Made by a program: the position numbers and the translations under genes. Below, one piece after another: positions 28,209 through 39,311 of a DNA stretch of 64,000 bases. Positions within the stretch are counted from its first letter, which is position 1, and the number at the start of each line of letters is the position of its first letter. This stretch comes from Clostridia bacterium (GTDB lineage Bacteria > Bacillota > Clostridia > Monoglobales > Monoglobaceae), in contig JAZSOT010000015.1 of NCBI GenBank assembly GCA_045537065.1, positions 306-64,305 on the forward strand, written 5' to 3'. Under the pieces are notes generated by a model. That model was given only the letters and a program-made list of their open reading frames with translations. It was not told where the DNA came from and did no database searches.

Positions 28209-30680
28209 ATGAAGTACGATTTTAAAGCAACTGAAAGCAAATGGCAGAAAAAATGGGAAGAAGAAAACTTATTTAAGATTACTGAAGATGAGTCAAAACC
28301 CAAGTATTACACACTTGAAATGTTCCCGTATCCGTCAGGAAACCTACATATGGGACACGTGCGTAACTATTCAATAGGTGATGTTGTTGCGAGATATAAG
28401 TCTATGCAAGGCTTTAATGTTCTCCACCCTATGGGATGGGATTCATTTGGTCTTCCGGCTGAGAATGCTGCAATAAAAAATGGTACACCGCCTGCTGAAT
28501 GGACTTTTAAGAATATTGACAATATGAGGCAGCAGCTAAAAAGTCTTGGCTTCAGTATTGACTGGTCAAGAGAGGTTGCAACTGCTAAACCGGATTATTA
28601 TAAATTTACTCAATGGATGTTTTCAAAGCTATATGAAAACGGACTTGCCTACAAAAAGAAATCATTCGTAAACTGGTGTCCATCCTGTAATACTGTTCTT
28701 GCAAACGAACAGGTTGTTAACGGAAAATGCGAAAGATGTAAGAGTGAGGTAACAAAAAAAGACCTTGAACAATGGTTTTTTAAGATTACCGATTACGCAC
28801 AGAGACTTCTTGATGATATTGATAAACTAAAAGGCTGGCCTGATAAGGTAAAAAGTATGCAGTCAAACTGGATAGGACGTTCAGAAGGTGCGGAGGTTAA
28901 CTTTAAAATTGATGGAACAGATGAAGAGCTTACTGTATATACAACACGTCCTGATACTTTATTCGGAGTGTCTTATATGGTTATTGCTCCTGAACATCCA
29001 ATTGTTGAAAAACTTATTTCGGGTCGTCCTGAAGAAGCAAAATGCCGTGAATTTATAAAGAAAGTTCATGGATTGAGTGAAATTGCAAGATCTGCAACAG
29101 ATACAGAAAAAGAAGGGGTATTTACAGGAATTTATGTTATTAATCCTATTAATGACGAGAAAGTTCCGCTATATCTTGCAAACTATGTTTTTGTTGATTA
29201 TGGAACAGGTATTGTTATGGGTGTTCCAGCTCATGACCAGAGAGACTTTGATTTTGCAAAAAAATATGACCTGCCAATAAGAATAGTTATCCAGCCAAAG
29301 GATTTTGAACTGAAATCAGACGAAATAACAGAATCATTTGCCGCAGAAGGTGTGATGGTTAATTCAGGTAGATTTGACGGGCTTTCAAATCAGGTTGCTA
29401 TAAAAGAAATTATCTCTTATCTTGAAGAAAATAATATAGGTAAGAGAACGGTTAATTTTAGACTAAGGGACTGGCTTATTTCCCGCCAGAGATACTGGGG
29501 AGCTCCGATTCCTGTTGTTTATTGTGAAAAGTGCGGAGAAGTGCTTGTGCCTGAAAAAGACCTTCCTGTTATGCTTCCTGAAAATGTTAAGTTTACAGGT
29601 CAGGGAAAATCACCTCTTTCTGAATGTGAGGAATTTTTGAACACAACTTGTCCAAAGTGCGGCGGTCCCGCAAAAAGAGAAGCTGACACTATGGATACCT
29701 TCGTATGTTCTTCATGGTATTTCTTAAGATATTGTGATCCGCACAACAGTGAGGTTCCTTTTGATAAGAAAAAAATTGATTACTGGATGAATGTTGACCA
29801 GTATATCGGTGGCGTTGAACATGCTATATTGCATCTTTTGTATGCAAGATTTTTCACAAAGGTTTTATATGATTTAAAATATGTATCTTGTGAAGAACCT
29901 TTTGAAAACCTTCTTACACAGGGTATGGTTTTAAAAGACGGAAGTAAAATGAGTAAGTCTGTCGGAAATGTTGTCAGCCCCGATGAAATAATTGAAAAAT
30001 ATGGTGCAGATACTGCAAGACTCTTTATATTATTTGCTGCTCCTCCCGAAAGAGATCTCGACTGGAATGATACTGCAGTTGAGGGTGCATATAGATTTAT
30101 AAATCGTGTGTTCAGGGCAGTTGATGAATTATCAGGATTAATTACCGACGAAAAAGTTTGTCAGGATTCACTTTCAGATGATGATAAAAAATTGAGACTT
30201 GCAATGCATTCTTCAATTAAGAAAGTTACAGATGACTTTGAACGCTTTAGCTTTAACACAGCAATAAGCAGTATTATGGAAGCGGTTAATGCTTTGTATC
30301 AGTATAAAGATGGTAAAACTGCTGATGAAATGAACAAGGCCTTAATAACAGAAACTATAAAAAATCTTATTATTATGCTTTCGCCTTTTGTTCCCCATGT
30401 TGCACAGGAAATGTGGGAAATTGTTGGTGAAAATGAGCAGCTTATGAATGTTGCTTGGCCAAAATACGATAAGGATGCTTTAGTTGTTTCTGAAATAGAA
30501 CTTGCAGTTCAGATTAACGGAAAAGTTAAAGATAAGGTTATGGTTCCTGCTGAAAGCACACAGGATGAAATCAAAGATATCGTTCTTAATAGTTCAAAAG
30601 TTAAGGAACTTATTGGGGATATGAGTGTTGTTAAATGTATTGTTGTTCCTAAAAAGCTTGTCAATATTGTTATTAAATAA
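28209..30680 (+). CDS. leuS: leucine--tRNA ligase
   Basis: 823 aa. HMGH class I signature ([13 protein letters not shown]), KMSKS, and a Zn-binding Cys cluster in the CP1 region. Confidence 0.97.
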   Translation: MKYDFKATESKWQKKWEEENLFKITEDESKPKYYTLEMFPYPSGNLHMGHVRNYSIGDVVARYKSMQGFNVLHPMGWDSFGLPAENAAIKNGTPPAEWTFKNIDNMRQQLKSLGFSIDWSREVATAKPDYYKFTQWMFSKLYENGLAYKKKSFVNWCPSCNTVLANEQVVNGKCERCKSEVTKKDLEQWFFKITDYAQRLLDDIDKLKGWPDKVKSMQSNWIGRSEGAEVNFKIDGTDEELTVYTTRPDTLFGVSYMVIAPEHPIVEKLISGRPEEAKCREFIKKVHGLSEIARSATDTEKEGVFTGIYVINPINDEKVPLYLANYVFVDYGTGIVMGVPAHDQRDFDFAKKYDLPIRIVIQPKDFELKSDEITESFAAEGVMVNSGRFDGLSNQVAIKEIISYLEENNIGKRTVNFRLRDWLISRQRYWGAPIPVVYCEKCGEVLVPEKDLPVMLPENVKFTGQGKSPLSECEEFLNTTCPKCGGPAKREADTMDTFVCSSWYFLRYCDPHNSEVPFDKKKIDYWMNVDQYIGGVEHAILHLLYARFFTKVLYDLKYVSCEEPFENLLTQGMVLKDGSKMSKSVGNVVSPDEIIEKYGADTARLFILFAAPPERDLDWNDTAVEGAYRFINRVFRAVDELSGLITDEKVCQDSLSDDDKKLRLAMHSSIKKVTDDFERFSFNTAISSIMEAVNALYQYKDGKTADEMNKALITETIKNLIIMLSPFVPHVAQEMWEIVGENEQLMNVAWPKYDKDALVVSEIELAVQINGKVKDKVMVPAESTQDEIKDIVLNSSKVKELIGDMSVVKCIVVPKKLVNIVIK

Positions 30681-30697
30681 ATATAAAATGAAAGGTA

Positions 30698-32044
30698 ATG
30701 ATTAAATTGAATAAAAACATTTCTCTTGATTACAGTAAAGCGTGTAGTTTCTTCAGTGAAGAAGAGCTTAACAATATTAAGACCCAGGTTAGTGCAGCTC
30801 ATAGCCTACTTCATAATAAAACAGGAGCAGGTTCAGACTTTCTAGGTTGGGTTGATTTACCTGAAAATTATGATAAAGAAGAGTTTGCAAGAATAAAAAA
30901 AGCAGCAGAAAAAATAAGAAATGATTCAGATGTTTTGGTTGTTATCGGAATCGGTGGTTCTTATCTTGGCGCAAAGGCTGCAATTGATTTTCTTTGCGGA
31001 ACATTTTATAACACTAACAAAAAGCCTGAAATTGTTTTTGCAGGTAACAGCATAAGCCCTAACTATCTTAATGATTTATTAAAATCATTAGACGGTAAGG
31101 ATGTAAGTGTTAATGTTATTTCAAAATCAGGTACAACAACAGAGCCTGCAGTAGCTTTTAGAATTTTCAAAAGCTATCTTGAAAATAAATATGGAAAAGA
31201 AGAGGCTGCAAAGAGAATTTATGCAACCACAGACAAGGAAAAAGGTGCTCTTAAAAAGCTTGCAGATGCTGAGGGATATGAATCCTTTGTTGTACCTGAT
31301 GATGTTGGTGGAAGATATTCTGTTTTAACTGCTGTTGGACTTTTGCCGATTGCGGTTTGCGGTGCAGATATTGACCTTATTATGAAAGGTGCATATGATG
31401 CCAGAGAGTTTTATTCTTCTGAATCTTTGGAGGATAATGACTGTTATTTATATGCAGCTATAAGAAATATACTTTACAGAAAAGGCAAAACTATCGAAAT
31501 GCTTGTAAACTATGAGCCTGCTCTCCAGTATTTTATTGAATGGTGGAAGCAACTTTATGGTGAAAGTGAAGGAAAAGACCAGAAGGGTATATTCCCTGCA
31601 GGTGCTTGCTTCTCAACAGACCTTCATTCAATGGGACAATATATTCAGGATGGTAGAAGAGACTTATTTGAAACAGTTCTTTATGTTGAAAATCCTGAAT
31701 CTGACATTGTTATTGAAGAAGAAAAAGAAAACATAGACGGGCTTAATTTCCTTGCAGGAAGAACAATGGATTTTGTGAACAAAAAAGCCTTTGAAGGAAC
31801 ATTACTCGCTCATACAGATGGCGGAGTTCCAAATCTTATTCTTAAACTTAAAGATATGAAAGAAGAGACTTTTGGACAGATTGTTTATTTCTTTGAAAAG
31901 GCTTGCGGTATAAGCGGATATATTCTTGGCGTTAATCCGTTTAACCAGCCGGGAGTTGAAAGCTATAAAAAGAATATGTTTGCTCTTCTTGGTAAGCCGG
32001 GATATGAAGACGAGAAAGCAAAACTTGAAGAAAGGCTTAAATAA
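30698..32044 (+). CDS. pgi: glucose-6-phosphate isomerase
   Basis: 448 aa Firmicute-type PGI. Motifs [24 protein letters not shown]. Confidence 0.95.
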   Translation: MIKLNKNISLDYSKACSFFSEEELNNIKTQVSAAHSLLHNKTGAGSDFLGWVDLPENYDKEEFARIKKAAEKIRNDSDVLVVIGIGGSYLGAKAAIDFLCGTFYNTNKKPEIVFAGNSISPNYLNDLLKSLDGKDVSVNVISKSGTTTEPAVAFRIFKSYLENKYGKEEAAKRIYATTDKEKGALKKLADAEGYESFVVPDDVGGRYSVLTAVGLLPIAVCGADIDLIMKGAYDAREFYSSESLEDNDCYLYAAIRNILYRKGKTIEMLVNYEPALQYFIEWWKQLYGESEGKDQKGIFPAGACFSTDLHSMGQYIQDGRRDLFETVLYVENPESDIVIEEEKENIDGLNFLAGRTMDFVNKKAFEGTLLAHTDGGVPNLILKLKDMKEETFGQIVYFFEKACGISGYILGVNPFNQPGVESYKKNMFALLGKPGYEDEKAKLEERLK

Positions 32045-32135
32045 TTAAAAAATTTTAAAAAACTATTGAGTATTTTTAAATTTTATGTTATTATATTACT
32101 GAAGATAAAAAAGACACTCAGAGGAGGTTAGTTTT

Positions 32136-32546
32136 ATGATTAAATTTACTATTGGATTAAAAGGTACGGGCAAAACTAAAAAACTTATTGATGCAGTTAA
32201 TGCTGCTATCAAAGAAGAAAAAGGTAATGTGGTTTGCATAACAGAGGGTAATCGTCTTATGCATGACATAGACCGTGATGTTCGTATGATAAATACAGAT
32301 AATTTTGATGTTAAAAATTTTGATATGTTCACAGGACTCTTATATGGAATTATGGCACAGAATTTTGATGTTACCCACATTTTCATTGATAGTTTGTTTA
32401 AAAGTGTTCCCGGTGAAAAAATTGAAAATATTGATGCTTTAACTGATAGCCTTGAGAAACTGGAAGAAAAGTTTGGCGTTTCATTTACAGTTATGGTTTC
32501 AATTGACGAAGCTGAAGCTACTGATAAAATGAAAAAATATATTTAA
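32136..32546 (+). CDS. small stand-alone P-loop NTPase-like protein, function unknown
   Basis: 136 aa. Walker A GLKGTGKTK at residues 7-15 and a Walker-B-like HIFIDS. GAGGAGG RBS. Has its own promoter-like element and terminator. Confidence 0.55.
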   Translation: MIKFTIGLKGTGKTKKLIDAVNAAIKEEKGNVVCITEGNRLMHDIDRDVRMINTDNFDVKNFDMFTGLLYGIMAQNFDVTHIFIDSLFKSVPGEKIENIDALTDSLEKLEEKFGVSFTVMVSIDEAEATDKMKKYI

Positions 32547-32579
32547 TTAGCTTCTTTGTCGGTTTAATTTAAATTATAA

Positions 32580-32603
32580 GGGGAAGCTTTTTGCTTCCCC
32601 TTT
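32580..32603 (+). terminator. intrinsic terminator after the small P-loop gene
   Basis: GGGGAAGC-TTTTT-GCTTCCCC followed by TTT. Confidence 0.65.
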
Positions 32604-32629
32604 AACAATTATTTTAAAGGTGAGTGAAA

Positions 32630-34126
32630 ATGAATTATATCAGTACGCGAAATAATCAAATAAAGGTTTTATCAAGTGTTGCAATAAAAAAAGGAATTTC
32701 TGATGAAGGCGGACTTTTTGTTCCTTTTGAAATTCCAGAGATTTCTCTAGACGACATAAAAAAATTAGCTACATGTGACTATGTTGAAAGAGCAACCTTT
32801 ATTTTGGGAAAATATTTATCGGATTTTTCTGTTGACGAAGTAAAAGATTGTGCTAAAAATGCATATAGCACAGAAAAGTTTGGTTCATCAAATCCTGCAC
32901 CGGTTAAGAAGCTTAATGACAGTACATATGTTTTGGAATTATGGCATGGACCAACGTGTGCTTTTAAGGATATGGCTCTTCAGATATTGCCTTATCTTCT
33001 TACTTATTCAATCAAAAAAACTGGTGAGAAAAAGAATGTTGTTATTTTAGTTGCAACATCCGGTGATACTGGAAAAGCGGCATTAGAGGGCTTTAAGGAT
33101 GTTCCTGGAACAAAAATCTCTGTTTTCTACCCAAGCGATGGCGTAAGTGATATACAGAAATTACAAATGATTACTCAGTCAGGTAACAATGTTAATGTTG
33201 TCGGTATTCAGGGTAACTTTGATGATGCACAGAATGGTGTTAAAGCAATATTCACAGATGATTCTGTTAAAGAAAAACTTTTTGAAGATGGCTATGTATT
33301 TTCATCTGCAAATTCAATTAACTGGGGCAGACTTGTTCCGCAGATTGTATATTATTTTTCAGCATACTGTGAAATGCTTAAAAATAATGAGATTTCTGCA
33401 GGGGAAAAGATTAATATATGTGTTCCAACAGGAAACTTTGGTAATATTTTAGCTGCGTATTATGCTAAAAAAATGGGACTTCCGGTTAATAAACTTATTT
33501 GTGCATCAAATAGCAATAATGTTTTATCCGAATTTATAAAGACAGGTGAATATGATAAAAATCGTGAATTTTATACAACGGTTTCACCATCTATGGATAT
33601 TTTGATTTCAAGCAATCTTGAAAGACTTTTATTTGACCTTACAGGAAATGATTCAGATAAAGTTTCATTATGGATGAATAGCCTGAAAAATGATGGTTAT
33701 TATAAAGTTGATGATAGTATAAAAGAAAAAATCAATGAATTGTTCTGGGGTGGATATTGTGATGATAACCTTACCAAAGAACAAATTTTTAAGGTGTTTG
33801 ATAAATATGGTTACACCATTGACACTCACACGGCCGTTGCAATAGATGTTTATAACCAGTATGCAAAAGAAACAAATGATATAACTAAGACTGTTATAGC
33901 ATCAACGGCAAGTCCTTTTAAATTTAACCAGAGTGTTTTAGCAGCACTTGGTAAAGAAAACCAAATCAGTGGTTTAGATGATTTTGAATTATTAAATCTT
34001 TTATCTAAGGTTTCAGGAATGGAAATCCCTGATAGTCTTGAAAGACTAAAAAACAGCGAAAAAAGATTTGAGTCTGTTGTTAAAAAAGATGAAATGATAA
34101 ACGCTGTTTTAGACTTTTTAAAATAA
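32630..34126 (+). CDS. thrC: threonine synthase
   Basis: 498 aa from ATG 32630 (AAGGTG 7 nt upstream). PLP lysine motif CAFKDMALQ and SGDTGKA. Confidence 0.9.
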   Translation: MNYISTRNNQIKVLSSVAIKKGISDEGGLFVPFEIPEISLDDIKKLATCDYVERATFILGKYLSDFSVDEVKDCAKNAYSTEKFGSSNPAPVKKLNDSTYVLELWHGPTCAFKDMALQILPYLLTYSIKKTGEKKNVVILVATSGDTGKAALEGFKDVPGTKISVFYPSDGVSDIQKLQMITQSGNNVNVVGIQGNFDDAQNGVKAIFTDDSVKEKLFEDGYVFSSANSINWGRLVPQIVYYFSAYCEMLKNNEISAGEKINICVPTGNFGNILAAYYAKKMGLPVNKLICASNSNNVLSEFIKTGEYDKNREFYTTVSPSMDILISSNLERLLFDLTGNDSDKVSLWMNSLKNDGYYKVDDSIKEKINELFWGGYCDDNLTKEQIFKVFDKYGYTIDTHTAVAIDVYNQYAKETNDITKTVIASTASPFKFNQSVLAALGKENQISGLDDFELLNLLSKVSGMEIPDSLERLKNSEKRFESVVKKDEMINAVLDFLK

Positions 34127-34130
34127 AATT

Positions 34131-34156
34131 AAAAGGGCAGATTTATCCGCCCTTTT
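34131..34156. terminator. bidirectional terminator between thrC (+) and the small Cys-rich gene (-)
   Basis: AAAAGGGC / GCCCTTTT stem with a 10-nt loop. A-run on one side and T-run on the other. Confidence 0.5.
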
Positions 34157-34179
34157 ATCAGTATAAATTTTTTATTAAT

Positions 34180-34344
34180 TTAGTTGCAACAGTTGTTAGG
34201 AACAAAAGTCTGGCATTCTGTGTCACAGGATGTTTTTGAATCTTTTCCGTTTACAACAATATATTCTGCTGTGCATTTGTTTCCTGCAGTATGGTGTTTA
34301 CATTCTTCAACTGTGCAATCTACACCTTTTAAAATTTCTGGCAT
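34180..34344 (-). CDS. small Cys-rich protein, DUF1540-like (54 aa), absent from the ORF track
   Basis: The minus strand reads MPEILKGVDCTVEECKHHTAGNKCTAEYIVVNGKDSKTSCDTECQTFVPNNCCN. AGGAG lies 7 nt upstream of the ATG. Stop TAA (34182-34180) is followed by the bidirectional terminator. Confidence 0.65.
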   Translation of the reverse strand: MPEILKGVDCTVEECKHHTAGNKCTAEYIVVNGKDSKTSCDTECQTFVPNNCCN

Positions 34345-34437
34345 AATGAAATCTCCTTTATATGATTTTAAAGCTTTCGCTTTTATTTTTATTATGTCTT
34401 GATTTTAATTTATTATTCGCTGATGGAGGGAGAAAAT

Positions 34438-35136
34438 ATGTCTATTTATGCAATTTCAGATTTACATCTTTCTTTTTCTGCGGATAAACCAATGAATATT
34501 TTTGGAGATAAATGGAATAATTATACAGACAGACTTTATGAAAACTGGCAGAAAACGGTTTGCGGAGATGATGTTGTTATTATTTCAGGCGACACATCGT
34601 GGGCGACATATCTTGAGGATTGTTATGCAGATTTTGATTTTATTAACAAATTAAATGGAAAAAAAATAATTATAAAGGGTAACCATGATTACTGGTGGAC
34701 CACTCTTAATAAAATGAATAATTTTGTAAAAGACAAATCTTTTGATTCTATATCATTTATGCAGAATAATACGGTTATTCACGACAATGTTGCAATTTGC
34801 GGGACAAGAGGATGGACTATTAAAACTCCAAATTGTTCCGAACTTAATGAAAAAATATTTGAAAGAGAAAAAAGAAGACTTATTTTATCACTTGAAGAGG
34901 CTAAAAGACATAATCCTGAAGAAATTATAGTTGCCCTTCATTATCCGCCTTGTGAAAAGGAAAATGAAAATGTTGATTTTTTGGATATAATGAAACAGTA
35001 TGATGTTAAGCTTTGTGTTTACGGTCATCTTCATGCACAGTCACAAAAGAGAGCAATTACAGGGCTTAGCGAAGGTGTTGAACTTCGCCTTGTTTCCTGT
35101 GACTATCTTGAGTTTATGCCTGAAAAGCTTAAATAA
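34438..35136 (+). CDS. calcineurin-like metallophosphoesterase
   Basis: Start MSIYAISDLHLSF with GGAGGG 7 nt upstream. Motifs SGDTSW, GNHDYWW, GHLH. Confidence 0.8.
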   Translation: MSIYAISDLHLSFSADKPMNIFGDKWNNYTDRLYENWQKTVCGDDVVIISGDTSWATYLEDCYADFDFINKLNGKKIIIKGNHDYWWTTLNKMNNFVKDKSFDSISFMQNNTVIHDNVAICGTRGWTIKTPNCSELNEKIFEREKRRLILSLEEAKRHNPEEIIVALHYPPCEKENENVDFLDIMKQYDVKLCVYGHLHAQSQKRAITGLSEGVELRLVSCDYLEFMPEKLK

Positions 35137-35219
35137 AGCGATTTCTATAGAAATTTTACTAAATATTCAGTCGTTTGTTGATGAAAAATTAATGTTTTTG
35201 TTAAATTTTTTTAATAGTA

Positions 35220-35248
35220 TTGTATTTTATTGTGTTGTGTGCTATAAT
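35220..35248 (+). promoter_or_regulatory. sigma-A type promoter for tig
   Basis: TTGTAT, 17-nt spacer, TGcTATAAT. Confidence 0.4.
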
Positions 35249-35284
35249 AAACAACATATGAGAACATAAGAGAGGAATGTTAGA

Positions 35285-36559
35285 ATGAGTACAGTAGAAA
35301 AATTGGAGAACAGTATGGTTAGCTTTGAATTTTCTGTTTCTGCAGAAGAATTTGAAAATGCAGTTCAGAAAGCCTATAAGAAAAATGTAGGTCGCATTAA
35401 CGTTCAGGGCTTTAGAAAAGGAAAGGCTCCAAGAGCTATTATCGAAAGATATTATGGTAAAGAAATTTTTTATGAAGATGCGGTAAATATTGTTTTACCT
35501 GATGCATATGATAAAGCAATAACTGACAATAATATAGAAGCTGTTGCTCAGCCTGAAATTGATGTTAAAGAGCTTTCGGCAGAAACAGGCGTTGTGTTTA
35601 CAGCAAAGGTTACAGTTAAGCCTGAGTTTGAACTCGGTACATATAAGGGTATTGAGGTTGCAAAGGTAACTCACAGAACAACTGAAAAAGAAATCAATGC
35701 AGAAATCGAAAAAGTTCGTGAGAGAAACGCAAGACTTGTTAGTGTTGAAGACAGAGCTGCAGCTTTAAACGATACAGTTAATATTGACTTTGAAGGTTTT
35801 ACAGACGGTGTTGCATTTGATGGTGGAAAAGGCGAAGGCTTTGATTTAGTTCTAGGCTCAGGTCAGTTTATTCCCGGTTTTGAAGAACAGTTAGTTGGTA
35901 AAAATATTGGCGAGGAAGTTGATGTTAACGTAACCTTCCCAAAAGAATATCATTCAGAAGATTTAAAGGGCAAGGATGCATTGTTTAAGGTTAAAATTAA
36001 CGGCATTAAAGTTAAGGAGCTTCCTGAACTTGATGATGAGTTTGCAAAGGATGTAAGTGAATTTGACACATTTGCAGATTATAAAGCTGATGTAACAAAA
36101 AAACTTAAGGAAGCAAACAAAGCAAGATCAAAACAGGAATTTGAAAACAAGGTAATAGATGCGGTTGTTGAAAATACAAAAATTGACATTCCTGCTGCAA
36201 TGATTGAAACTTCTGTTGAAAATAGTGTTCGTGATTTTGCAACACAGCTTTCATATCAAGGACTCGATTTTAAACAGTATATGCAATACACAGGTGCTAC
36301 AATTGATTCATTGAAAGATCAGTTCAGACCTGATGCAGAAAAGAAAGTTAAAACATCCTTAGTTCTTGATAAGATTTCTAAGGTTGAAAATATTGAAGCT
36401 ACTGACAAAGAAGTTGAAGATGTTCTTAAAATGTATGCAGAACAGAGCAAAATGTCACTTGAAGATGTTAAAAAATATATTCAGGTTGAAGAAATCAGGG
36501 AAAACAAGATAATTGAAAAAACAGTTGAATTCCTTGTTAAAAATGTTGCTTCAAAATAG
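35285..36559 (+). CDS. tig: trigger factor
   Basis: 424 aa. Ribosome-binding GFRKGKAPR motif and FKBP-type PPIase middle domain. tig-clpP-clpX synteny. Confidence 0.95.
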   Translation: MSTVEKLENSMVSFEFSVSAEEFENAVQKAYKKNVGRINVQGFRKGKAPRAIIERYYGKEIFYEDAVNIVLPDAYDKAITDNNIEAVAQPEIDVKELSAETGVVFTAKVTVKPEFELGTYKGIEVAKVTHRTTEKEINAEIEKVRERNARLVSVEDRAAALNDTVNIDFEGFTDGVAFDGGKGEGFDLVLGSGQFIPGFEEQLVGKNIGEEVDVNVTFPKEYHSEDLKGKDALFKVKINGIKVKELPELDDEFAKDVSEFDTFADYKADVTKKLKEANKARSKQEFENKVIDAVVENTKIDIPAAMIETSVENSVRDFATQLSYQGLDFKQYMQYTGATIDSLKDQFRPDAEKKVKTSLVLDKISKVENIEATDKEVEDVLKMYAEQSKMSLEDVKKYIQVEEIRENKIIEKTVEFLVKNVASK

Positions 36560-36578
36560 TATATTTAAGTAATAACTC

Positions 36579-36617
36579 GTAAGGTTAATCCGTGATTATG
36601 CGGATTAACCTTACTTT
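36579..36617 (+). terminator. intrinsic terminator after tig
   Basis: 14-bp stem GTAAGGTTAATCCG / CGGATTAACCTTAC with an 8-nt loop, then TTT. Confidence 0.7.
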
Positions 36618-36659
36618 GAATATAAAAATTTTGTCGAAAAATGTTTTGGAGGTATAAAA

Positions 36660-37247
36660 ATGAATAATAGTTTAGTTCCTTATGTAATTGAACAGACAGG
36701 CAGAGGAGAAAGGTCATATGATATTTTTTCTCGTTTGTTAAAAGACAGAATAATTTTTCTTTCTGATGAAGTTAACGATGCGACTGCAAGCTTAGTTGTT
36801 GCTCAGCTTTTATTTCTTGACAGTGAGGATCCTGATAAAGATATAAATCTATATATTAACAGTCCTGGTGGTTCTATCACTGCAGGTATGGCAATTTATG
36901 ATACAATGAAATATACAAAAGCTGATGTTTCAACAATTTGTGTTGGTATGGCAGCTTCGATGGGGGCGTTTTTACTTTCTGCCGGTGCAAAAGGAAAGAG
37001 ATTTGCACTTCCTAACAGTGAAATTATGATTCATCAGCCTCTCGGCGGAACAAAAGGTCAGGCAACTGATATTCAAATTCACGCAGAAAGAATTATTAAA
37101 ATGAAAAATAAACTTAATCAGATGCTTGCAGACCATACAGGTCAGCCGCTTGATGTTATCCAGAGAGATACAGAACGTGATAATTTTATGTCAGCAGAGG
37201 AAGCTTTAAAATACGGACTTATTGACAAAATAGTTGAAAAAAGATAG
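36660..37247 (+). CDS. clpP: ATP-dependent Clp protease proteolytic subunit
   Basis: 195 aa. [13 protein letters not shown], catalytic [11 protein letters not shown], and IMIHQPLGG. Confidence 0.97.
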   Translation: MNNSLVPYVIEQTGRGERSYDIFSRLLKDRIIFLSDEVNDATASLVVAQLLFLDSEDPDKDINLYINSPGGSITAGMAIYDTMKYTKADVSTICVGMAASMGAFLLSAGAKGKRFALPNSEIMIHQPLGGTKGQATDIQIHAERIIKMKNKLNQMLADHTGQPLDVIQRDTERDNFMSAEEALKYGLIDKIVEKR

Positions 37248-37265
37248 TTTTAAAAGGAGATAAAA

Positions 37266-38564
37266 ATGGCAAATATGAAGGATGATAAGAGACAATTCAG
37301 ATGTTCTTTTTGCGGGAAAACAGAGGAACAAGTCAAAAGATTAATTGAAGGTCCAGGCGTTTATATTTGTAATGAATGTGTTGAACTTTGCTTTGATTTG
37401 TTTGATGATGATGCAGAAGAATATGCTCCTGTCAGCAATGTAATTGAAGATGTTCCAAAGCCAAAGGAAATAAAGGCATTTTTAGATGAATATATTGTTG
37501 GTCAAGAGGCAGCTAAGAAAACTCTTTCAGTTGCTATTTATAATCATTATAAAAGAATTAATTTTCCAAAAGAAGAGAATGATATTGAACTTCAAAAGAG
37601 TAATATTTTAATGCTTGGACCAACAGGTGTGGGAAAAACTTTTCTAGCCCAGTCTTTAGCTAAAATGATGAATGTACCATTTGTTATTGCTGATGCCACA
37701 TCTCTTACGGAGGCGGGCTATGTTGGTGAAGATGTTGAAAACATACTTCTAAAACTTATTCAGGCTGCAGATTATAATATTGAGCTTGCTCAACGAGGAA
37801 TAATTTATATTGACGAAATTGATAAAATATCAAGAAAATCAGAAAACCCATCCATTACCAGAGATGTAAGCGGTGAAGGTGTTCAACAAACACTTCTTAA
37901 AATTTTAGAAGGAACTGTTGCTTCTGTTCCTCCAACCGGAGGAAGAAAACATCCTCATCAGGAATTTATTCAAATTGACACCACAAACATATTATTTATA
38001 TGCGGAGGCGCCTTTGAGGGGATAGATAAAATTATTACCAACAGAATTTCTGAAAAGGCTCTTGGGTTTGGTGCAAAGGTTGAAAGTAAAAAGGATAGAG
38101 ATATGGGAGAACTTCTAAAACATATCGAACCACAGGATTTATTGAAATTCGGACTTATTCCTGAGTTTATAGGAAGACTTCCAATTATCACAACACTTGA
38201 ATCACTGAATAAAGATGCACTTATGAGTATCCTAACAAAACCCAAGAACGCTCTTGTAAAGCAATATCAGAAGCTTTTTTCTATGGATAATGTTGAGCTT
38301 GAATTTACTGAAGATGCAGTTGGTGCTGTTGCTGATCTTGCGATTAAACGTAAGACAGGTGCAAGAGGTCTCAGAACAATTCTTGAATCGATTATGCAGG
38401 ATATAATGTTTGAAATACCATCAAATCCGGCAATACAAAAAGTTATAGTTACAAAAGATTGTGTTGTTAAAAAAGCTCAACCGGATGTCATTAAGGTAAG
38501 CACAAAACAAACATCTAAAAAAGCTCAAATTCAACACACTGCTGATGATAAATCAGCAAGCTGA
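37266..38564 (+). CDS. clpX: ATP-dependent Clp protease ATP-binding subunit
   Basis: 432 aa. Zinc finger CSFCGK...CNEC, Walker A GPTGVGKT, Walker [10 protein letters not shown]. Confidence 0.97.
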   Translation: MANMKDDKRQFRCSFCGKTEEQVKRLIEGPGVYICNECVELCFDLFDDDAEEYAPVSNVIEDVPKPKEIKAFLDEYIVGQEAAKKTLSVAIYNHYKRINFPKEENDIELQKSNILMLGPTGVGKTFLAQSLAKMMNVPFVIADATSLTEAGYVGEDVENILLKLIQAADYNIELAQRGIIYIDEIDKISRKSENPSITRDVSGEGVQQTLLKILEGTVASVPPTGGRKHPHQEFIQIDTTNILFICGGAFEGIDKIITNRISEKALGFGAKVESKKDRDMGELLKHIEPQDLLKFGLIPEFIGRLPIITTLESLNKDALMSILTKPKNALVKQYQKLFSMDNVELEFTEDAVGAVADLAIKRKTGARGLRTILESIMQDIMFEIPSNPAIQKVIVTKDCVVKKAQPDVIKVSTKQTSKKAQIQHTADDKSAS

Positions 38565-38575
38565 GGGATGATTTT

Positions 38576-39133
38576 ATGAAGAAAAAAATATTTTTAATTC
38601 TATGTTTTGTTGTTTTATTACTATGCTCATGCAATAAAAATGAAAACGAACAAACAAATGTAACAACGGATGAATCTCAAAATATAACATATGTTACATC
38701 AAATAAAGGGGATATAGATTTTACATCAAATTTCAGCATATTAAATCAGTATGAAGCTGATGTCAATGGCGATGGTAATGAAGATGAAATCACCCTTTAT
38801 ATTAATTCAAACAAAGATGCTGACGGAGAACTTATTAAAAACGACAATAATGAATGGATTCTGCTTGTAAATGATGTTTTCAATAATGAGTATTATACTT
38901 TGTTTGATAAAAATATTCAGGTTGGAGACATATATTTTCAGGTTGTTGACTTCTTTGAAGATGAAGGTCCTGTAGAAAAGATATTACTTTATAAGGTTAC
39001 AGGAACAGAAATTGAAATTATGTCATTTGATTATAAAAAGGATAAAGGCTTTGCTGTAACTGAAATATATAATACATCAAAGATTTGTGAAAAGGGGATA
39101 AATTTAAGATATTCTTCAATTCCGCATAATTAA
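38576..39133 (+). CDS. putative lipoprotein with a single FG-GAP/VCBS-like Ca-binding motif, function unknown
   Basis: 185 aa. Signal peptide ending LLLCSC. DVNGDGNEDEI motif. Confidence 0.55.
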   Translation: MKKKIFLILCFVVLLLCSCNKNENEQTNVTTDESQNITYVTSNKGDIDFTSNFSILNQYEADVNGDGNEDEITLYINSNKDADGELIKNDNNEWILLVNDVFNNEYYTLFDKNIQVGDIYFQVVDFFEDEGPVEKILLYKVTGTEIEIMSFDYKKDKGFAVTEIYNTSKICEKGINLRYSSIPHN

Positions 39134-39141
39134 ATATAAAG

Positions 39142-39169
39142 CCGTAACACGTGAGTGTTACGGTTTTTT
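39142..39169 (+). terminator. intrinsic terminator after lipoprotein gene
   Basis: CCGTAACAC-GTGA-GTGTTACGG followed by TTTTTT. Confidence 0.8.
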
Positions 39170-39241
39170 GTTATTTTAAATTATAAGATAACAAAATTTA
39201 TATTTTTTTGTAAAAATTGTTTATTTATTAGTAAAAAAATC

Positions 39242-39270
39242 TTGCATAGTGAAAATCATTGTGTTATAAT
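39242..39270 (+). promoter_or_regulatory. sigma-A type promoter for gdhA
   Basis: TTGCAT, 17-nt spacer, TGtTATAAT. Confidence 0.45.
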
Positions 39271-39311
39271 TATCTATGTGTATAAAAAATTCATAAAATG
39301 GAGGAGTTATA

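Noticed and set aside
34184-34402. 72-aa + strand ORF listed in the track
   Set aside because: It is antisense to the RBS-equipped Cys-rich 54-aa gene, has no SD and runs through a terminator.
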